From contig CM022677.1 in assembly GCA_012295275.1 (NCBI GenBank), positions 27,094,001-27,158,000 of the forward strand: DNA of 64,000 nt. Direction: 5' to 3'. Within the stretch, counting starts at the first letter, position 1; every line of letters starts with the position of its first letter. Under the pieces are notes generated by a model. The model had not been told where the DNA came from. It was given only the letters and a program-made list of their open reading frames with translations, and made no database searches. Below are positions 1-24,397 of this stretch, in pieces. Source of the stretch: Chrysomallon squamiferum (taxonomy: Eukaryota > Animalia > Mollusca). Both the position numbers and the translations under genes were made by a program.

Positions 1-524
1 ACTACACGATTTCTAAGAAAATGTGACTGATGGCTCAGAGACAAAGTGTAACTAAATACACAGAAAGATAGCCAAATTAAATTAATTATCAATATTACAT
101 TAAACATTAACAAAATACATTTTATAAAGCTGACTGAAGAAATTTCCAGACCTGGTTCGTACGCAATGTTTGAGCCTGCACTTTCTAAAACACACATGTA
201 CCTTAATTATTACGTTAACAGCTTCCCATAAATATAAGGATCCACAAAAACGTTATACGATTTAGTTAAATATGTTAAAAGTGCTGAAGGTTGTTTGTTA
301 CCTGCAATCATTATCGGTGTTTAGTAAAGAATTCTTAATCGATATGTTTATTTAGAATGACGCAATCAAAAGGAAATGGAAGAAAGAGTTTGAGTGCCAC
401 GTCACTGATACTGCTGTACTCAAAACAGAGCTAACAACCGCACAACCGTATTTTATCACCCAAATTTATTTATTTATTTATTTATTTATTTGCTGCTGGT
501 GTAGTTGATGTTTTTGTTGTTGTT

Positions 525-557
<33 letters not shown>

Positions 558-708
558 ATTATTATTATTATTATTATTTATTTATTTAATTATTTATTTA
601 TTATAAAATGATTCATTATTAATAATATTCCCGGCTGGAACTATTACATCAAAAATTAAAACCCATTATATCACCGTAACCCAATTTATTTATTTATTTA
701 TTTATTTA

Positions 709-759
<51 letters not shown>

Positions 760-1155
760 TATTGTATTATTATTAAAAAAAATGTATTATTATTATTATT
801 ATTCGTGTTGCCACTGTTGTCGTTGCTGTTGTCGTTCTTACTTTTCTTAAGTGACGTCATATTAGCGTATGACGTTAATTGACAAGACCAAATGAGTTGG
901 ATATCATATGTACAGTTTGTAGGTATATCTCAGCTTAATCCTCGACGTTAGTTTTGTATGTATGTATGTATGTATGTATGTATGTATGTATGTATGTATG
1001 TGTGTATGTATGTATGTATGTATGTATGCATGCTTGTGCGATTTTGATTTTGTGTACATGAATACACAAGCAGTTTAAAAACCGAGTCCTTTAGTCCACG
1101 ATATTTCATAAAGTGATATTTTCATAATTTTCCTGGAATTTTCTTACGAATGTAT

Positions 1156-1210
<55 letters not shown>

Positions 1211-1399
1211 AATTTATTTTATAAAGATATAACTATTTTAGTTGTATCGCCATATACTCTGTTTTAGCCACTACTGTTATAATATCAAGGGAGGTAACTT
1301 GTACAGAGTTGACCTAAAGCATAGTTATTTCTGCATGTATGAATGTCTTTGAGAGATTTGCAAACGATTTCAACTTTCTTTTGTAATTTCAGCAACACC

Positions 1400-6685
<5,286 letters not shown>

Positions 6686-6732
6686 GGGAGGGAGAGAGAG
6701 GGAGGGAGGGAGGGAGAGAGAGAGGGAGGGGG

Positions 6733-6853
<121 letters not shown>

Positions 6854-7920
6854 TGCAGAGACAAGTAGACAGAGAAAGATTTCAGAAGAATCGGGTATCG
6901 AATGAATTGCTTAAACACGTTTTTGTTTTTTTTTTTTTTACTTTTTTTTTTTTTTTTTTTTGTTGTTGTTCTTGTTTTTGTTGCAGGGTTTTTCACTTTT
7001 TCGGGAATGGAGTGGTGATTTTTTTTCTTCAGTTCGATGTTGTACATTTGTTGTTGCATGTTTTTTTTTCTTTGTTTGTCTTTTTTTGTGTTATTATTAT
7101 TCTCTCTGTTTCGTAAACTTTACCTGTTTTTCATGCTCACATTCAAAACGACAACAATCTCAGAGACACACGATCCAAAATAATTTATATTCTTTTGCTG
7201 TCAAAATGTACTTTATTTCCAAATAAATCTTGTATATAATATATTGTCATTTCATCGTTTAATTTCATCTGAAATATATGGTTCGAATAAAATGCTGAAA
7301 TAAATATTATATATTTATATGCATATACACGCACAAATATACGACGCATACACACGCACGCACAACACACACATATAGACTGGATGACATTTGTTGATAT
7401 TTCGTCCTTCTGTTCTTAAAATTATCCTAAATGTTGTCTTTGTGCAAAACCGAGTCAAATAAATATCAGAAAAAAAAAAAGAGTATTCATTCTTAGTACA
7501 AACACCAGTACGAATATATACATATATAATTACATACATACGTACATACATACATACGTATATACATACATATGTACATACATACATACGATCATACATA
7601 CATACGTATATACATACATACGTACATACATACATACGTACATACATACAAACATACGTACACAGGTACATACATATATACATACATACATATAATCATA
7701 CATACATACATACTACAAACATACATAGGAACATACGTACATATGTACATACATACATGCGTACATACATACATACATACATAAAGAAACACACATATAT
7801 ATATATAATCACACACACGTACACACACACAAGACACACACACACACTCATAACTCACACACACACACTCACACACACACAGACACACACACACACACTC
7901 ATAACACACACACACACACA

Positions 7921-7973
<53 letters not shown>

Positions 7974-8193
7974 ACACACACACACAAACACACTTATTGT
8001 ACTCTGCTGCTACTCTGAATCAGCTGGTCAGCCACTAAAGATGAATCTGATTCTCCCAAAAAAACTGGACGAGGTCTGTCAAATCGGACAACTATGGGCC
8101 CGTCACGTGACCAGTCAGCAGCTACTGAGTCTCTGAACGATTTCGTCTGTTTTCCTGTCGAGAACGAGCGCTGTCAAACAATCGAGAAACGCG

Positions 8194-11646
<3,453 letters not shown>

Positions 11647-12031
11647 TCTTTTCTTTAATCTGAAACAACAACTACTACTACTAGTATACTACAACCACGA
11701 CTACTACTACTACTACTGCTGCCTGTACCAGTATTACAATAGTACTATTATTACACCCTAAACTACTAGTATCACTACTAGAATTACAATTACTACCACT
11801 ACTACTACTACAATTAATACTACTATTACTATGCTACTACTTCTACTACTGCTCTTACTATTACAACAATTACTATACTACTTCTACTATTACTGTGCCT
11901 ACAGTTATAACAACTACTACTAACAGTACAACTACTACCATTACAGTCGTTATCAGTTTAGCAGCAGTAGCAGTAATAGTAGTGTTAACTTATTCATGTG
12001 TTATTATTGGTGTCATCATAGTTATCATTAC

Positions 12032-12066
<35 letters not shown>

Positions 12067-14184
12067 CTAGTAATAGAAGTAGTAGTAGTAGTAGTTGTAG
12101 TAGTAGTAGTAGTAGAAGTAATAGTAGTAGAAGCGAGAATAATGAACTAAATTGCAATAAATATAAACAATATTACATTAAAAAATCTGTTGGTGATAAT
12201 TTGAAATATAAACGCAGTATTAATCATAAAACCACTTCTCCCTCACGTTACAAAAACTCTTAGTATAATACAAAACAGTTGCAGAACGTAAATTTGTGCC
12301 TATATGTGTGTGCGTCTGTGTGTGTGTGTGTATATGTTTGTGACTATGTGTCTCTACATCTATTATATGAGTGTGCGCGTGTGTGTATACGTTCATATGT
12401 ATATATATGTGTGTGTGTGTGTATGTATGTGTATGTAAATATATGTATGTGTGTCTGTGTGTGTTATATTATATAATGCACTAGATCTTTTCAGGACATA
12501 CACAATTTTTATTATTATTGTTGTTATTGCTGCTGCTGTTGCTGCTGCTGTTGCTGCTGTGGTCGGTGTTGTTGTTATTATTATTATTATATCAGAAGTA
12601 AAGCACTAAGTGACTTTTATAACGTGTTTTACAAGCTGATTAACTGTAAGAAACGGAGTAAGAAATATTTAACAGTTACCCGTGTCAGAATACTTTTACA
12701 GAAACTATTTCATCTATCACTCAAACCAAGACATTCTTGACAGTCGGCTGAAATTGTTAAAAGTTGACCCTATATTCTTACGTGCATTGGAACATGTTCG
12801 GACATATTAGTTTGACGTCATAGGATAAGAAAGAGACGTCATAAAAATAATCAAACGTTATTTGTTTTTTCAAAGAAAGATCGGCTGCACGAGGAAGATT
12901 AGTTTCTGTTACAGAAAACATATTTACGTCTACACCGGTTATTTGAGATAACATGGCTGCCTGCGTCATTTTCGAAAACAATATGTTGAATCCGAGAAGC
13001 TTTTCTAGCGAAAATGGGTTTATTTACTTTTATATTACCTTTTTTAATGTGCACCAGCAATAAAACTAAACACGACAGCAAACAGATGAGAAAAAAGACG
13101 TCTGCAAAACGTACACTGCATGATAATTATTTCGTGTACGGTAACTGGATTCGTAATTCGGTAATGTATCATTCTTTTTTATTGTATTTATAATGGAGAT
13201 AGCAATAATGTTACTCAAATATACACGAGTAAAAGAGAATTATGAATCTATTTATTAACTATAAGCATCTGTTAACTTTTAACAGGGGACAGTTGTTCAT
13301 CAAGCTTATAATATGCACACACATACATATAATGTTTGAATATCAAAAAACTAACTACCATAATCATGAATAAAATTATTATGATTGATAAATAACGGTA
13401 AAAATTAAATAATTTAAACAATAAATGAAAATACAAAATTACGTGTGTGTTGGTGAGTGTGTGTTATGTAATAAACAAAATATTATTTATGCAGTCATTA
13501 CTTAATTTAACACGTAAAATAATACACATAACAGAAAAGACAGTAAAAAGGTTTATATGCGAATAATTTCACTGAAAAAGTAATAAAATTATTAACACTT
13601 TAGAAAGAGTTCCAGGTTTACTCATTTGATTTTAATATTTATTTTTTTTTTTTATTATTTTTTTTTTTTTTTTTCTCATTAATGCTTTTTGGGGGGAGGT
13701 GTTTAAGATATATATGTGTGTGTCTGTGTATATGTTATAGAGAGAAAGATATTTTTTTAACGATTACAAATGACGTCGTTGTTGTTGACATGGTCATCGT
13801 GGTTGATCGGGTTAATTCAGCACTATTTAATTTAAAATAAAATAAACAAACAACAATTTCACCTCGGATGAACTATTTTAATGAAAATTAATTTTATCAA
13901 TATCTATGTATAAACAGTATATGTCAAATCAAAACATTAGTAAATTACACTTCAAATGGAAAGACATCATTTAAAGAACAAAGAATGATTTTTCTTTGGA
14001 CGCAATCAGGCCTAATTAAATCAAACTTAGGAAATGAATATCAAAAATAGATGATCATAACTCTGTGTTAGATATGAGTAAAAAAAAATAAAATATAAAA
14101 TAAAATAATAATCTGATTCATTATCATATATTATTTATTATTTAAGAAAGATTTCTTTATTTCTTTACTTAAAACACCAATATG

Positions 14185-14377
14185 TTTTAATTATCAGACA
14201 CAATAGTAACATACTGTCCATTTCAGCTGTCAATCACCATAGTAACAGTGTCCATTTTAATTATCAGTCACCATAGTGACAGTGTCCATTTTAATTATTA
14301 GTCACCATAGTAACAGTGTCCATTTTAATTATCAGTCACCATAGTAACAGTGTCCATTTTAATTATCAGTCACCATA
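14185..14377. repeat. 34-bp minisatellite (~5.5 copies) downstream of the TSPM-2 stop codon
   Basis: Unit ACCATAGTAACAGTGTCCATTTTAATTATCAGTC repeated in tandem. Confidence 0.9.
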
Positions 14378-14561
14378 CACCTCCATACATTTAAAGTTTC
14401 AAACTGTTTACCTTTTACAAATGTTTTAAATGGATACCTCTAAGTTTAATAAAACTGTCCTGTCTACAAAACAGACAGACAGACAGTCAGACAGACGGAG
14501 TCTATGTTTGTGTCAGTTAAAGCAGGAATCCAGGAAGCAGATCCAAAAAAATGCCTTCCTG

Positions 14562-14828
14562 TTAAAACTTGTTGAGTTCACCATATCGTCTTCTGTAATT
14601 TGTCACTTCCAGTTTCAACGCTTTGTTCTGTCTTCTTTTGTGCTTCCTTCTAATTGATGCATACAATTCAGATACATACATATATACACACATACATTAT
14701 ATAAACACACAGAAAAATCAGAGAAACAGATAGATACACATACACATGCACACACACATTCCACACATATACAACATACATACATACATACATACAGAAA
14801 ACAGACACACATATATACACATACACAC

Positions 14829-14876
<48 letters not shown>

Positions 14877-16439
14877 AGACAAAAAATAGAGACAGGAACA
14901 CACACATATATAGACACACATACATATACATACCCACATACATAAATATATATATATATATATATATAAACAAAAAACTGATGGATAGACAGAAATAGAT
15001 ATATACTATAAGATCGGGATAGACAGATAACAGATATTTACATACAGAGATAGAGAAACAGATGAATAAGAAATTAAAAAAAAAAACACACACACACACA
15101 CATTCATTAAAACTTTAAATTAAACAATAATAAATAAACAGCATGTTTGATTCAAGAATTTCAGTAACCATGACAACCAGTTGAAAACAAATGACTACAA
15201 TTAAAAAAAAATTCTAATTTCAGTCCAACTTAAAAATTCACTTCTCATTTTTTTTTTTTTTTTTATATATATATATTTAAAATAAAAATAAAAATCTTTT
15301 AGTAAAGAAATAAGATTGTTTTATGGATATTTTTCTGTCAGAATTAAAAACACTGAAATATATTAAACCAGTGAAAATCTGTGCAATGCATGATACATGT
15401 GTGATAAGTTAGAAAACCTTTACCTCTGTTTGATGCGAACCACACAAAACAGGACGAGGATAAGAGTGAAAACACATCCAATTGTTGCCACAGCAGCCAA
15501 AGCTGGATCATAAACCTTCTCTTCCTTCACAGCTGCAACAACAACAGCAACAACAACAGCAGTGAGAATAGCAACGGTAATAATGATAATAGTTACAATA
15601 ATGATAACAATATTATTAACAGCAGTAATAATGAAAATAATATCAATAATAATAATAGCAATAGTAATAATGAAAAAAAAAAATAATAATAATTAAATTA
15701 GCCACACCCACCTTGAGTACACAGCCAATATAAAACAGGTTTTAAAATAAGCCACACCCACCTGGAGTATACAGCCAATATAAAACAGGTTTTAAAATAA
15801 GCCACACCCACCTTGAAGCATACAGCCAATATAAAACAGGTTTTAAAATAAGCCACACCCACCTTGAAGCACACAGCCAATATAAAACAGGTTTTAGAAT
15901 TGGCCACACCCACCTTGAAGAACACAGCCAATATAAAACAGGTTTTAAAATAAGCCACACCCACCTGGAGTATACAGCCAATATAAAACAGGTTTTAAAA
16001 TAAGCCACACCCACCTTGAAGCACACAGCCAATATAAAACAGGTTAGCCACACCCACCTTGAACACACAGCCAATATAAAACAGGTTTTAAAATAAGCCA
16101 CACCCACCTTGAAGCACACAGCCAATATAAAACAGGTTTTAAAATTAGCCACACCCACCTTGAGCAAACAGCCAATATAAAACAGATTAGCCACACCCAC
16201 CTTGAGCACACAGCCCCTCGAAACAGGCCTCCACTGAGCTGTTGGACGTGGACCCTGCGCAGGTGCCAGGTCTGATACAGATTCTCTTCATGGACACTGA
16301 TCGCTTGCAGTCAGACAGACACGGACCAACGTGCTTGACCCGCCACATTGACCACTGGCCATCAGCTGAAATTACAGTCTTCATATACTCACTATAATGA
16401 AAATATTATTATTATATTAATTATATAAGTATCATTCTT

Positions 16440-16531
<92 letters not shown>

Positions 16532-16564
16532 TTTAATTTCTAGTTTTTTATTATTTACTTTATA

Positions 16565-16607
<43 letters not shown>

Positions 16608-16622
16608 TTTTTATTATTTTAG

Positions 16623-16653
<31 letters not shown>

Positions 16654-16689
16654 TTTATTTAATTTCTATTTTTTGATTATTTACTTTTA

Positions 16690-16723
<34 letters not shown>

Positions 16724-16754
16724 TATTTAATTTCTATTTTTTGATTATTTTATA

Positions 16755-16791
<37 letters not shown>

Positions 16792-17491
16792 TATTTAATT
16801 TCTATTTTTTGATTTTGATTTTATATATTATTATTTTTATTATTATTATTATTTATTTATTTATTCATTCATTTATTTATTTAATTTTTTATTATTATTA
16901 TTATTTTATATTTTACTTCCACTTTTTTATTTTTTAACATTTTTTTTAATTTTTAATTTAATTTTTTTTTTTAAATGAAAAGTATAAAATTAGTATTAAA
17001 GGGATATTATCAATAAGGGACTATTGTTGAAAAACACAAAAGCAGCAATAACAGCAAGGAAAAACATTAATAATTATATTAGCAATACGGATTATGATGA
17101 TGATGACAGTAATATTAATATCAGTAATAATAATGAAAAATAATAATACAACAAAATAATAATAACAGTAATGATGATAACAATAATAATAAGTATGATG
17201 ATGATGATTAATAATAATAATAATAGTAATAATAATAATAAATAATATTATAAATGATAATAGTAATAATAATAAATAATATCATAAATGATAATAATAG
17301 TAATAATAATTATGATTATGATAATACTGATAATGATAAAAATAATAACAATAATTATGATTATAATGATAATAATAATATAAATAATCAAAATAACTAA
17401 TAATAATAATAATAAATAACAATACTAATAAATAATAATAATAATTATGATTATGATTATAATGATAATAATAATAATAATAATAATCAAA

Positions 17492-17525
<34 letters not shown>

Positions 17526-17545
17526 TAATAATAATAATAAAAAAA

Positions 17546-17581
<36 letters not shown>

Positions 17582-18715
17582 GATAATCAAAATAACAATA
17601 ATAATAAATACTAAAAATAATAACAATAACTAATAATGGTCATTAGAAGAAGACACTGAATTAAAGAAACTACTCACACTCTGAGCTGTTTTGTGGATTC
17701 TGCTCTGTGATCTGCCTGCTGCAGTTACCCACCACGCACTCCCGCTCTATGGTGTACTCTGACACGCCCATGCAGTCACCCCCTCCATGGGACGGGGGAG
17801 GGTTCGTGCACCTCCTCGTCCCATTTTCCTGCCTGTAACACTTCGGCGTACACAGACCAATCTTGATCACCCAGGCTGACCACTGTCCATCCACTGAAAC
17901 CATTTTTGTTTATTTGCTTGCTTATTTATGTATTCATACATTCATTTGTTCGTTTGTTCGTTTATATTTATTGAAACTGAAACCACAGCCATAGTTGTTT
18001 AATTTATTTTAGTTTGTTTACTAATTTGTTTATTAGTTTGTTTATCAGTTTGTTTATTTGGTTGTTTTGTTGGTTAGCTGGTTCCATGGTTCATTGGTTT
18101 CTGTAGTCAGTTTGTTTTATTTTTCTTTCGTTTAATTTATGCTTGATGCCATTTTTCTTTCTTCTTTTTTTCTTGTTTTTATAATTTATTTACTTATTTA
18201 TTTATTTATTTATTTGTGTGTTTGTTTGATGGTTTGATTTTTTTTTTTTATTTGCTTGCTTATTTATATATTTATTCATTCATTCATTCATTCATTTATA
18301 TTTACTGAAAATAAATTTATTTATATATTTGTTTAGGTTTCCCTGTACTAAATGGAAAATTAATACTAAAATATTTTTAAAATGAAATACCTCCTTTAAA
18401 GTTTTAAATTAAATACTTTCAATAATACAAATAAAGATATGCAGTTGTCTCCCTTCCCTTGAATTATACAAACCTTCATTATAAATTTTATTATATGTTA
18501 TATACATATCTATATGTGTGTGTGTGTGTATATATATATATATTATATATATATATACATATATAAAAAACAAAAAACAACAGCAACAACAATTAAACAC
18601 TACATTAACAATAACCAACCTGAGCTAAATTTACACACAGAACATACATTTTTTTGATTCAGGATTTGTAAATTTTTCTTTCATCCTTTTTAAAAAAACA
18701 ATATTTTTAATACTT

Positions 18716-18746
<31 letters not shown>

Positions 18747-18984
18747 CACAACAACAATACACTCATGGCTGTATTAGTTTACCTGGACAAACTGGAGCTG
18801 TGCATGTGTCAGTCATTTGCATGGTGGACTTTCCTTCACATTTGCGTCCACCATCGATTGGACGAGGTTTGTCACATGATCGCTTTTTCCTTATTTGGAG
18901 AATTCCAAGACCATCACCACACGTGATACTGCACCCACCAGTACCCACCACTGCCCATGTACTCCACCCACCATTGACAGGAGC

Positions 18985-19027
<43 letters not shown>

Positions 19028-19041
19028 TGACAATGACAATG

Positions 19042-19093
<52 letters not shown>

Positions 19094-20296
19094 TAATAAT
19101 AACAATAATAATAAGAATAATAATAATAATAATAACAATAATAATAATGATAATAATAATAATAATAATAATAACAATAATAATAATAACAATAATAATA
19201 ATATGATAACAACAATAATAAGAGAAGGCATGATAATAATATTAATAATAATAATAACTAGAATAATAATAATAATAATAATAATAACTAGTATAATAAT
19301 AATGTGATAACAACAACAATAAGAGAAGGAATGATAATAATAATATTAATAATAATAATAACAACTATAACAATAAAAATAGTAATAATAAAATGACTAA
19401 CTACACTAATAAGAATAATAACAACATAACAGCAGGAATAATAATAATAATAATAATAATATCAGTAATGATAAGAGAAACAATAATAAAAATGATTGAA
19501 ATAATAATAGTAATAAGTTTAATACTAATAACAGTAACAGTAGCCAGTACTAATAATAATAATCATAATAATAATAATAATAATAACAATAACAGTAATA
19601 ACAACAACGACAGCAATGATGGTAATAATAATTAATGATCATAATGATAATTATGATAATAATAATTAAAAAAAAAGTAAAGATAATAAAAATAATTATA
19701 AAAGTAATAATACACCAACAACAATATAAATAATAACAAAATAATGAAACAAAAATCCATAAAATAACAATAATAACAAAAACTAATAAAATAACAAACA
19801 ATAATAAAATATGGTATAACAATAATAAAAATAGTTATAACAATAATAAAAAATAGTTATAACAATAATAAAAATAGGATAATAACAATAATAAAAAATA
19901 ATATTAACAATAATAACAAATAGTATAACAATAATAAAATTAGGATACCAATAATAACATAAATATAACAAAAATAACAACAAGACTCGACTTACGAGGA
20001 CATTTGTGTTTTGAAAAACACTCAACGAGGGTGTTGTAGCTGCTGTTGCCCCTGCATCGTGGTTGCTGGTTGTTGATCGGTGGACACCTTCTGGTCAGTG
20101 TCACGAACTGATAACCAGTTCTCTTTCCACAGGTCACACTGCAAGGTCCAGTCACAGTCCTCACCCACGTGGTCCATTGTCCGGACACTGGAAAACAGAC
20201 GTCATGTGACTCAGGCTGGGTGGGGCTTCAGAATGTGGGTTCAAGACTCAAAAACGGAAACTTTCTTTTTTTAGTTTTATGGTGTGTATGTGTGTA

Positions 20297-20327
<31 letters not shown>

Positions 20328-20640
20328 ATCTATCTTTATTTATATTGAGGACATGTTAATGTCTGTCTTTGTTACGTATGTTTCTTTTGTGAAGGTGTAT
20401 GTGTGAATGTGTGTATGAGTTAGTATATGTATATATGTGTGTCTCCTTGTATGTATGTGTCTCAATGTATGTATGTATGTTTTTGTAAGTGTGTGTGTGT
20501 ATATATATATACATGGAAGTGTCTGTACATTTGTGTTTGTCTGTGTGTATGTGTGTATGTATTTATATAAGAAATAAAAAGTGGGTACCATATAACAATA
20601 CAAAAGTGTGTATTGTGAGAAGATAGTCAGTTATCTTCAT
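14562..20640 (-). CDS. Four-TSP1 type I membrane protein 'TSPM-2' (340 aa)
   Basis: Exons (minus): 20640-20589 ([17 protein letters not shown]); four symmetric phase-1 TSP1 exons at 20187-19996, 18983-18783, 17893-17678 and 16365-16201; 15532-15424 (TM: [22 protein letters not shown]); 14649-14562 ([29 protein letters not shown]). Total 1023 nt in frame, all junctions GT-AG. Confidence 0.88.
15698..16215. repeat. Minisatellite, 11 copies of a 42-51 bp unit built on the exon 3' end and donor of the fourth TSP1 exon of TSPM-2
   Basis: GCCACACCCACC recurs at about 15701, 15751, 15801, 15852, 15903, 15954, 16004, 16047, 16097, 16148 and 16190. On the minus strand each copy reads ...AG|GTGGGTGTGGC. 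Confidence 0.95.
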
Positions 20641-20934
20641 TAATAACTTGTACTGTCACTGAAACAAATAAAACTGAAAAAATAAAACTGTTTTAGTTAG
20701 TCAGTGTTCAACTGTGATAAAAGCCCTATTATTATATCTGTATTATTATTCTTGTTGTTATAGTGGTTATTATTATTATTATTATTATTAGTTGGAGCTG
20801 TTGAAGTATTAATACTAGCAGTGGCAGTTGTAGTGCTTGGATTAACAATAGTGGTTGTTGTTGTAGTTGTAACATTAGTTATTGCTTTTGAAATAGTTGT
20901 CGTTTTTGTAGTTGTTGCAAGGTGGTGTAAAATT

Positions 20935-21300
20935 ACAAGTTGCAGCAGTGAAAGAATTAAATTCATTCGCAGCAGAGAGACAAATATCGAATACATGTCT
21001 CGCATCACTGCATCTGCGCAGATTGAACAAACGTAACTGTGTTATTTGATAACGAGACTGATACTCAAAATTACCCGCTTGTGTGGGTCGCAATTCTTCA
21101 GATACTTGGCTTGTCATAAAATTACAGTAAAACTGGTAACATCCTGGTCTGCTAAAAGCGAATCGCATAATGGCGGCGAAAATAACAAAACGTCACTATT
21201 CTGTGGGCAATTGACGTCATGTCACGTGATCCGTAGTTTTGTAAAATGACAATTAAAACTGCACGCCGTGTTTATAACGAATACGACCTTAGCAACGGTG
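20935..21300 (-). promoter_or_regulatory. Putative promoter and non-coding first exon of TSPM-2
   Basis: Unique CpG-containing island just 5' of the ATG exon. It has a candidate donor CTT|GTAATT near 20937, a perfect CRE TGACGTCA (21212-21219), an adjacent E-box TCACGTGA and a YY1-like AATGGCGG. A duplicate lies at ~32690-33020. Confidence 0.5.
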
Positions 21301-21461
21301 ACCAGCGGTAATGAAAAAAAAAATGTTTAAAAAGAGACATACAGACTTATGTACGTACGTTAATACATATATAGATTCATACATAGACAAATACATAAAT
21401 ACACATACACATACAAACACATGCATACATATGCACAGATGTATACATAGTAACATACATA

Positions 21462-21492
<31 letters not shown>

Positions 21493-21526
21493 ACATACAT
21501 ACATACATACATACACATATAAATGT

Positions 21527-21660
21527 ATGGGTTGCGAAAGAATGGGTTCCATACGTTCGAGTCTCGTCAGCGACATCTGACGGGTTTATGAGGTCGTGAT
21601 TGGACTTTGTCCTCCTGCGCCAGTGCGTTAACGAACATTGTCTATGTGCATAACACAACA
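21527..21660 (+). mobile_element. tRNA-derived SINE-like dispersed repeat (copy 1)
   Basis: B-box-like GTTCGAGTC followed by a shared body. Further copies lie at 33248-33380 and at 51478-51593; the last is outside the segmental duplication, showing dispersal. Confidence 0.5.
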
Positions 21661-23299
21661 AAACATTAATTCCTACAGACACTCCTCGCTTAACGACCAA
21701 CCCATCTAACGACCGCGTAAACTTACGATCAGCTTTCCGACCAGTCGTACGCTGTAAGAGGTCTTTAATCGTAAATCATCTCGTTTCACATTACACGTTT
21801 TCCGACTCTCGTGTAACTTCAGTTTTCTGTGCACTTCAGTTCCCAGGCTTCCAAATTAAACATTTCATATTTTGTACTTTATTCTGCTCTCCACATGTTT
21901 TATAATACATTGTATAGGAGCCCGTAAACACCTACATAACAAACACAACATACACAAACAATAACACACATAAACATACACACAAACACATACATACACA
22001 CACACACAAACATATACACACACACACAAACATACACACACATATAGATACAACCATATACACACACAGACAAATACAAAACACACACGCACACAGTGTT
22101 TTAGCAAATGATAAGCATAATAATTATGTACACACAATGATAAATTTTATTTTGTTGTATTGTATTTTATTTTGTTACTTACTTATTTATTTATTTATTT
22201 ATTCATTTATTTACTTATTTATTTATTTATATACACATATATGGTTTTAATTAACATTTTATTTTAAAACTGAAGTTTTGAAGTTAGTATTTATATTTTA
22301 TTTAAACACCACACCGGCCTTTACAAGTAGGAACATTAATAAAATAATAATAAAAAATTTTAAAGTTTTAAAAAATAAAAACGCTTATAATGGAGACGGT
22401 GAAGTTCAATTATGTAAAGCAATGAATTGTTTTATTTACTCAGAGCTATAGACATTAATAATTTTAAAAATTAATTTAAATCTTTTATATATAAATTCAA
22501 AAAGACAAAAATTGAATGGAACAGAATTTATGTTATATAAAGCACTAAATATTTCTACGTTCGCAGGTTTCAGGGTTAAAAGATATATTAAAATGTTTTA
22601 TATAAACTGAAAAAGAAAATGCAGACGTGATAGAAATGCTGAATTTAGATTATATAAAGCTGTGAATATTTCTGTTTACACAGATTTAAGTATGAATTAA
22701 AAAATAAATAATGCTTTATGTAAAATGAAAAAGACAAATATTGACTCAACACAAACGGTCAATGTGGTTTATACAACGCAATTTTTCTTTGTATACACGG
22801 GTAAAAAGAAATTTTAAAGATTTAAAATGTATACAAGTTCAGACAGAAAAAAGAAAATCGGCGAAATTGAATTATGTGAAGCAATGCATTTTTTCTCTCT
22901 TTTTTCCATAGTTATATAGTTCATTTATTTACTTTTATTTTTTTATTTTTTTGTTTCTTTATTTTTCGTGAACACGATCGTTCAAGTTTAATCCTTGCAA
23001 AAACCACGTGACTCAGTTTTAGTTGTCACCACGTTACCACCGACAGAGCGACCCCGACAGAACGACCCCTGCTGCTTCTGTAGCATTGTTGTTGATGACG
23101 TAGCATTGTTGTTGTACTTGTTGCTGTTGAAATACGTGTCTGGTACATGCTGCGTCTTGTTGCAGTTGTTGCAGCAATAAAGAAAATTAGATTCCAGTGA
23201 TTCACAACTCAAAGTAAGAAATGATAATATCACATGAAACGTGACGTACGTATCATAGAATAATTACCCGTAAAAGGAGAGTGCTTGCTTATAACATCC

Positions 23300-23355
<56 letters not shown>

Positions 23356-23480
23356 AACACACACACACGTACAACAGAGAAACACACATAAACACAGACC
23401 CTCACTAATAAACGCACACACACACGCACACATAAAACTTTCTCCTTCACTCCTCTCTATCTCTTTCGTTATCTTTTGCT

Positions 23481-23586
<106 letters not shown>

Positions 23587-23916
23587 TATGTCTCTGTTCA
23601 GATGCACTAACACCTTCGAAAACACTTTCGACATGTAAAAACAGGGTGACAGAGAAAAGGTAGAGAGAGTGAATGAGCGAAAGAGTGACAGACTGAGGGA
23701 GACAGAGTGAGAGAAAATGAGAAAGAGAATGAGAAATATATATAAATCAGACAAAGAATTAAAAGGGAGCAAAGAAACTAAGAATGTTCAAATATGAAGA
23801 GAGAAATAAAAAGAAAGTGAAAAAATAAAAATGATACAAAGAAAAAATGAAACAAACAAAAATGAGACAAATAATTATTGTCATTGTTCTTGTTGTTGCT
23901 ACTGTAGTCAATAGTG

Positions 23917-23980
<64 letters not shown>

Positions 23981-24194
23981 CACTCCTGTTGTTGGTAACG
24001 GTGGTGGTTATGGTGATGACATTGCTGTCGCTGCTGTTTTTAGAATTAGGTTTACAAATGTTTATCTGGTTGCTAAGGAGCACGAAAGTTCCACTCCCAA
24101 TTCTCATTATACTGTATTCTAATATCTGACATTAAATTTCAAAAACTGATAATAAAATAAAACGAGATCGAGACAAAAGGTAAAAGGAAAGGGT

Positions 24195-24335
24195 TTTCAG
24201 CCAATGGGAACGCAACGTATAAAAGGTGACTATTAGTCCGGAGACGTAATTTTGAAACCGATACAGCTGAGTGACAGACGAGTTTCAATCTTACGTAAGA
24301 AAACTTCTGAGAGCGGTCTTCGTACTTTGTAAGTA
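24195..24335 (+). promoter_or_regulatory. Core promoter and non-coding exon 1 of GPI peptide gene, copy A
   Basis: CCAAT at 24201-24205, TATAAAA at 24218-24224, donors GTAAGA at 24295 and GTAAGT at 24329; essentially identical in copy B. Confidence 0.65.
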
Positions 24336-24340
24336 ACGTT

Positions 24341-24397
<57 letters not shown>

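Noticed and set aside
15698-16209. Repetitive ORFs ([13 protein letters not shown]…) and a possible CRISPR-like array
   Set aside because: Units are contiguous with no unique spacers and the context is eukaryotic. Mixed unit lengths break the frames. It is a minisatellite.
20697-21168. ORFs MRFAFSRPG… and MYSIFVSLLRMNLILSLLQL as the TSPM-2 N-terminus
   Set aside because: A better in-phase signal exon exists at 20640-20589; this region fits promoter and 5' UTR.
21540-21600. tRNA gene suggested by GTTCGAGTC
   Set aside because: No cloverleaf or clear A-box could be built; treated as SINE-like.
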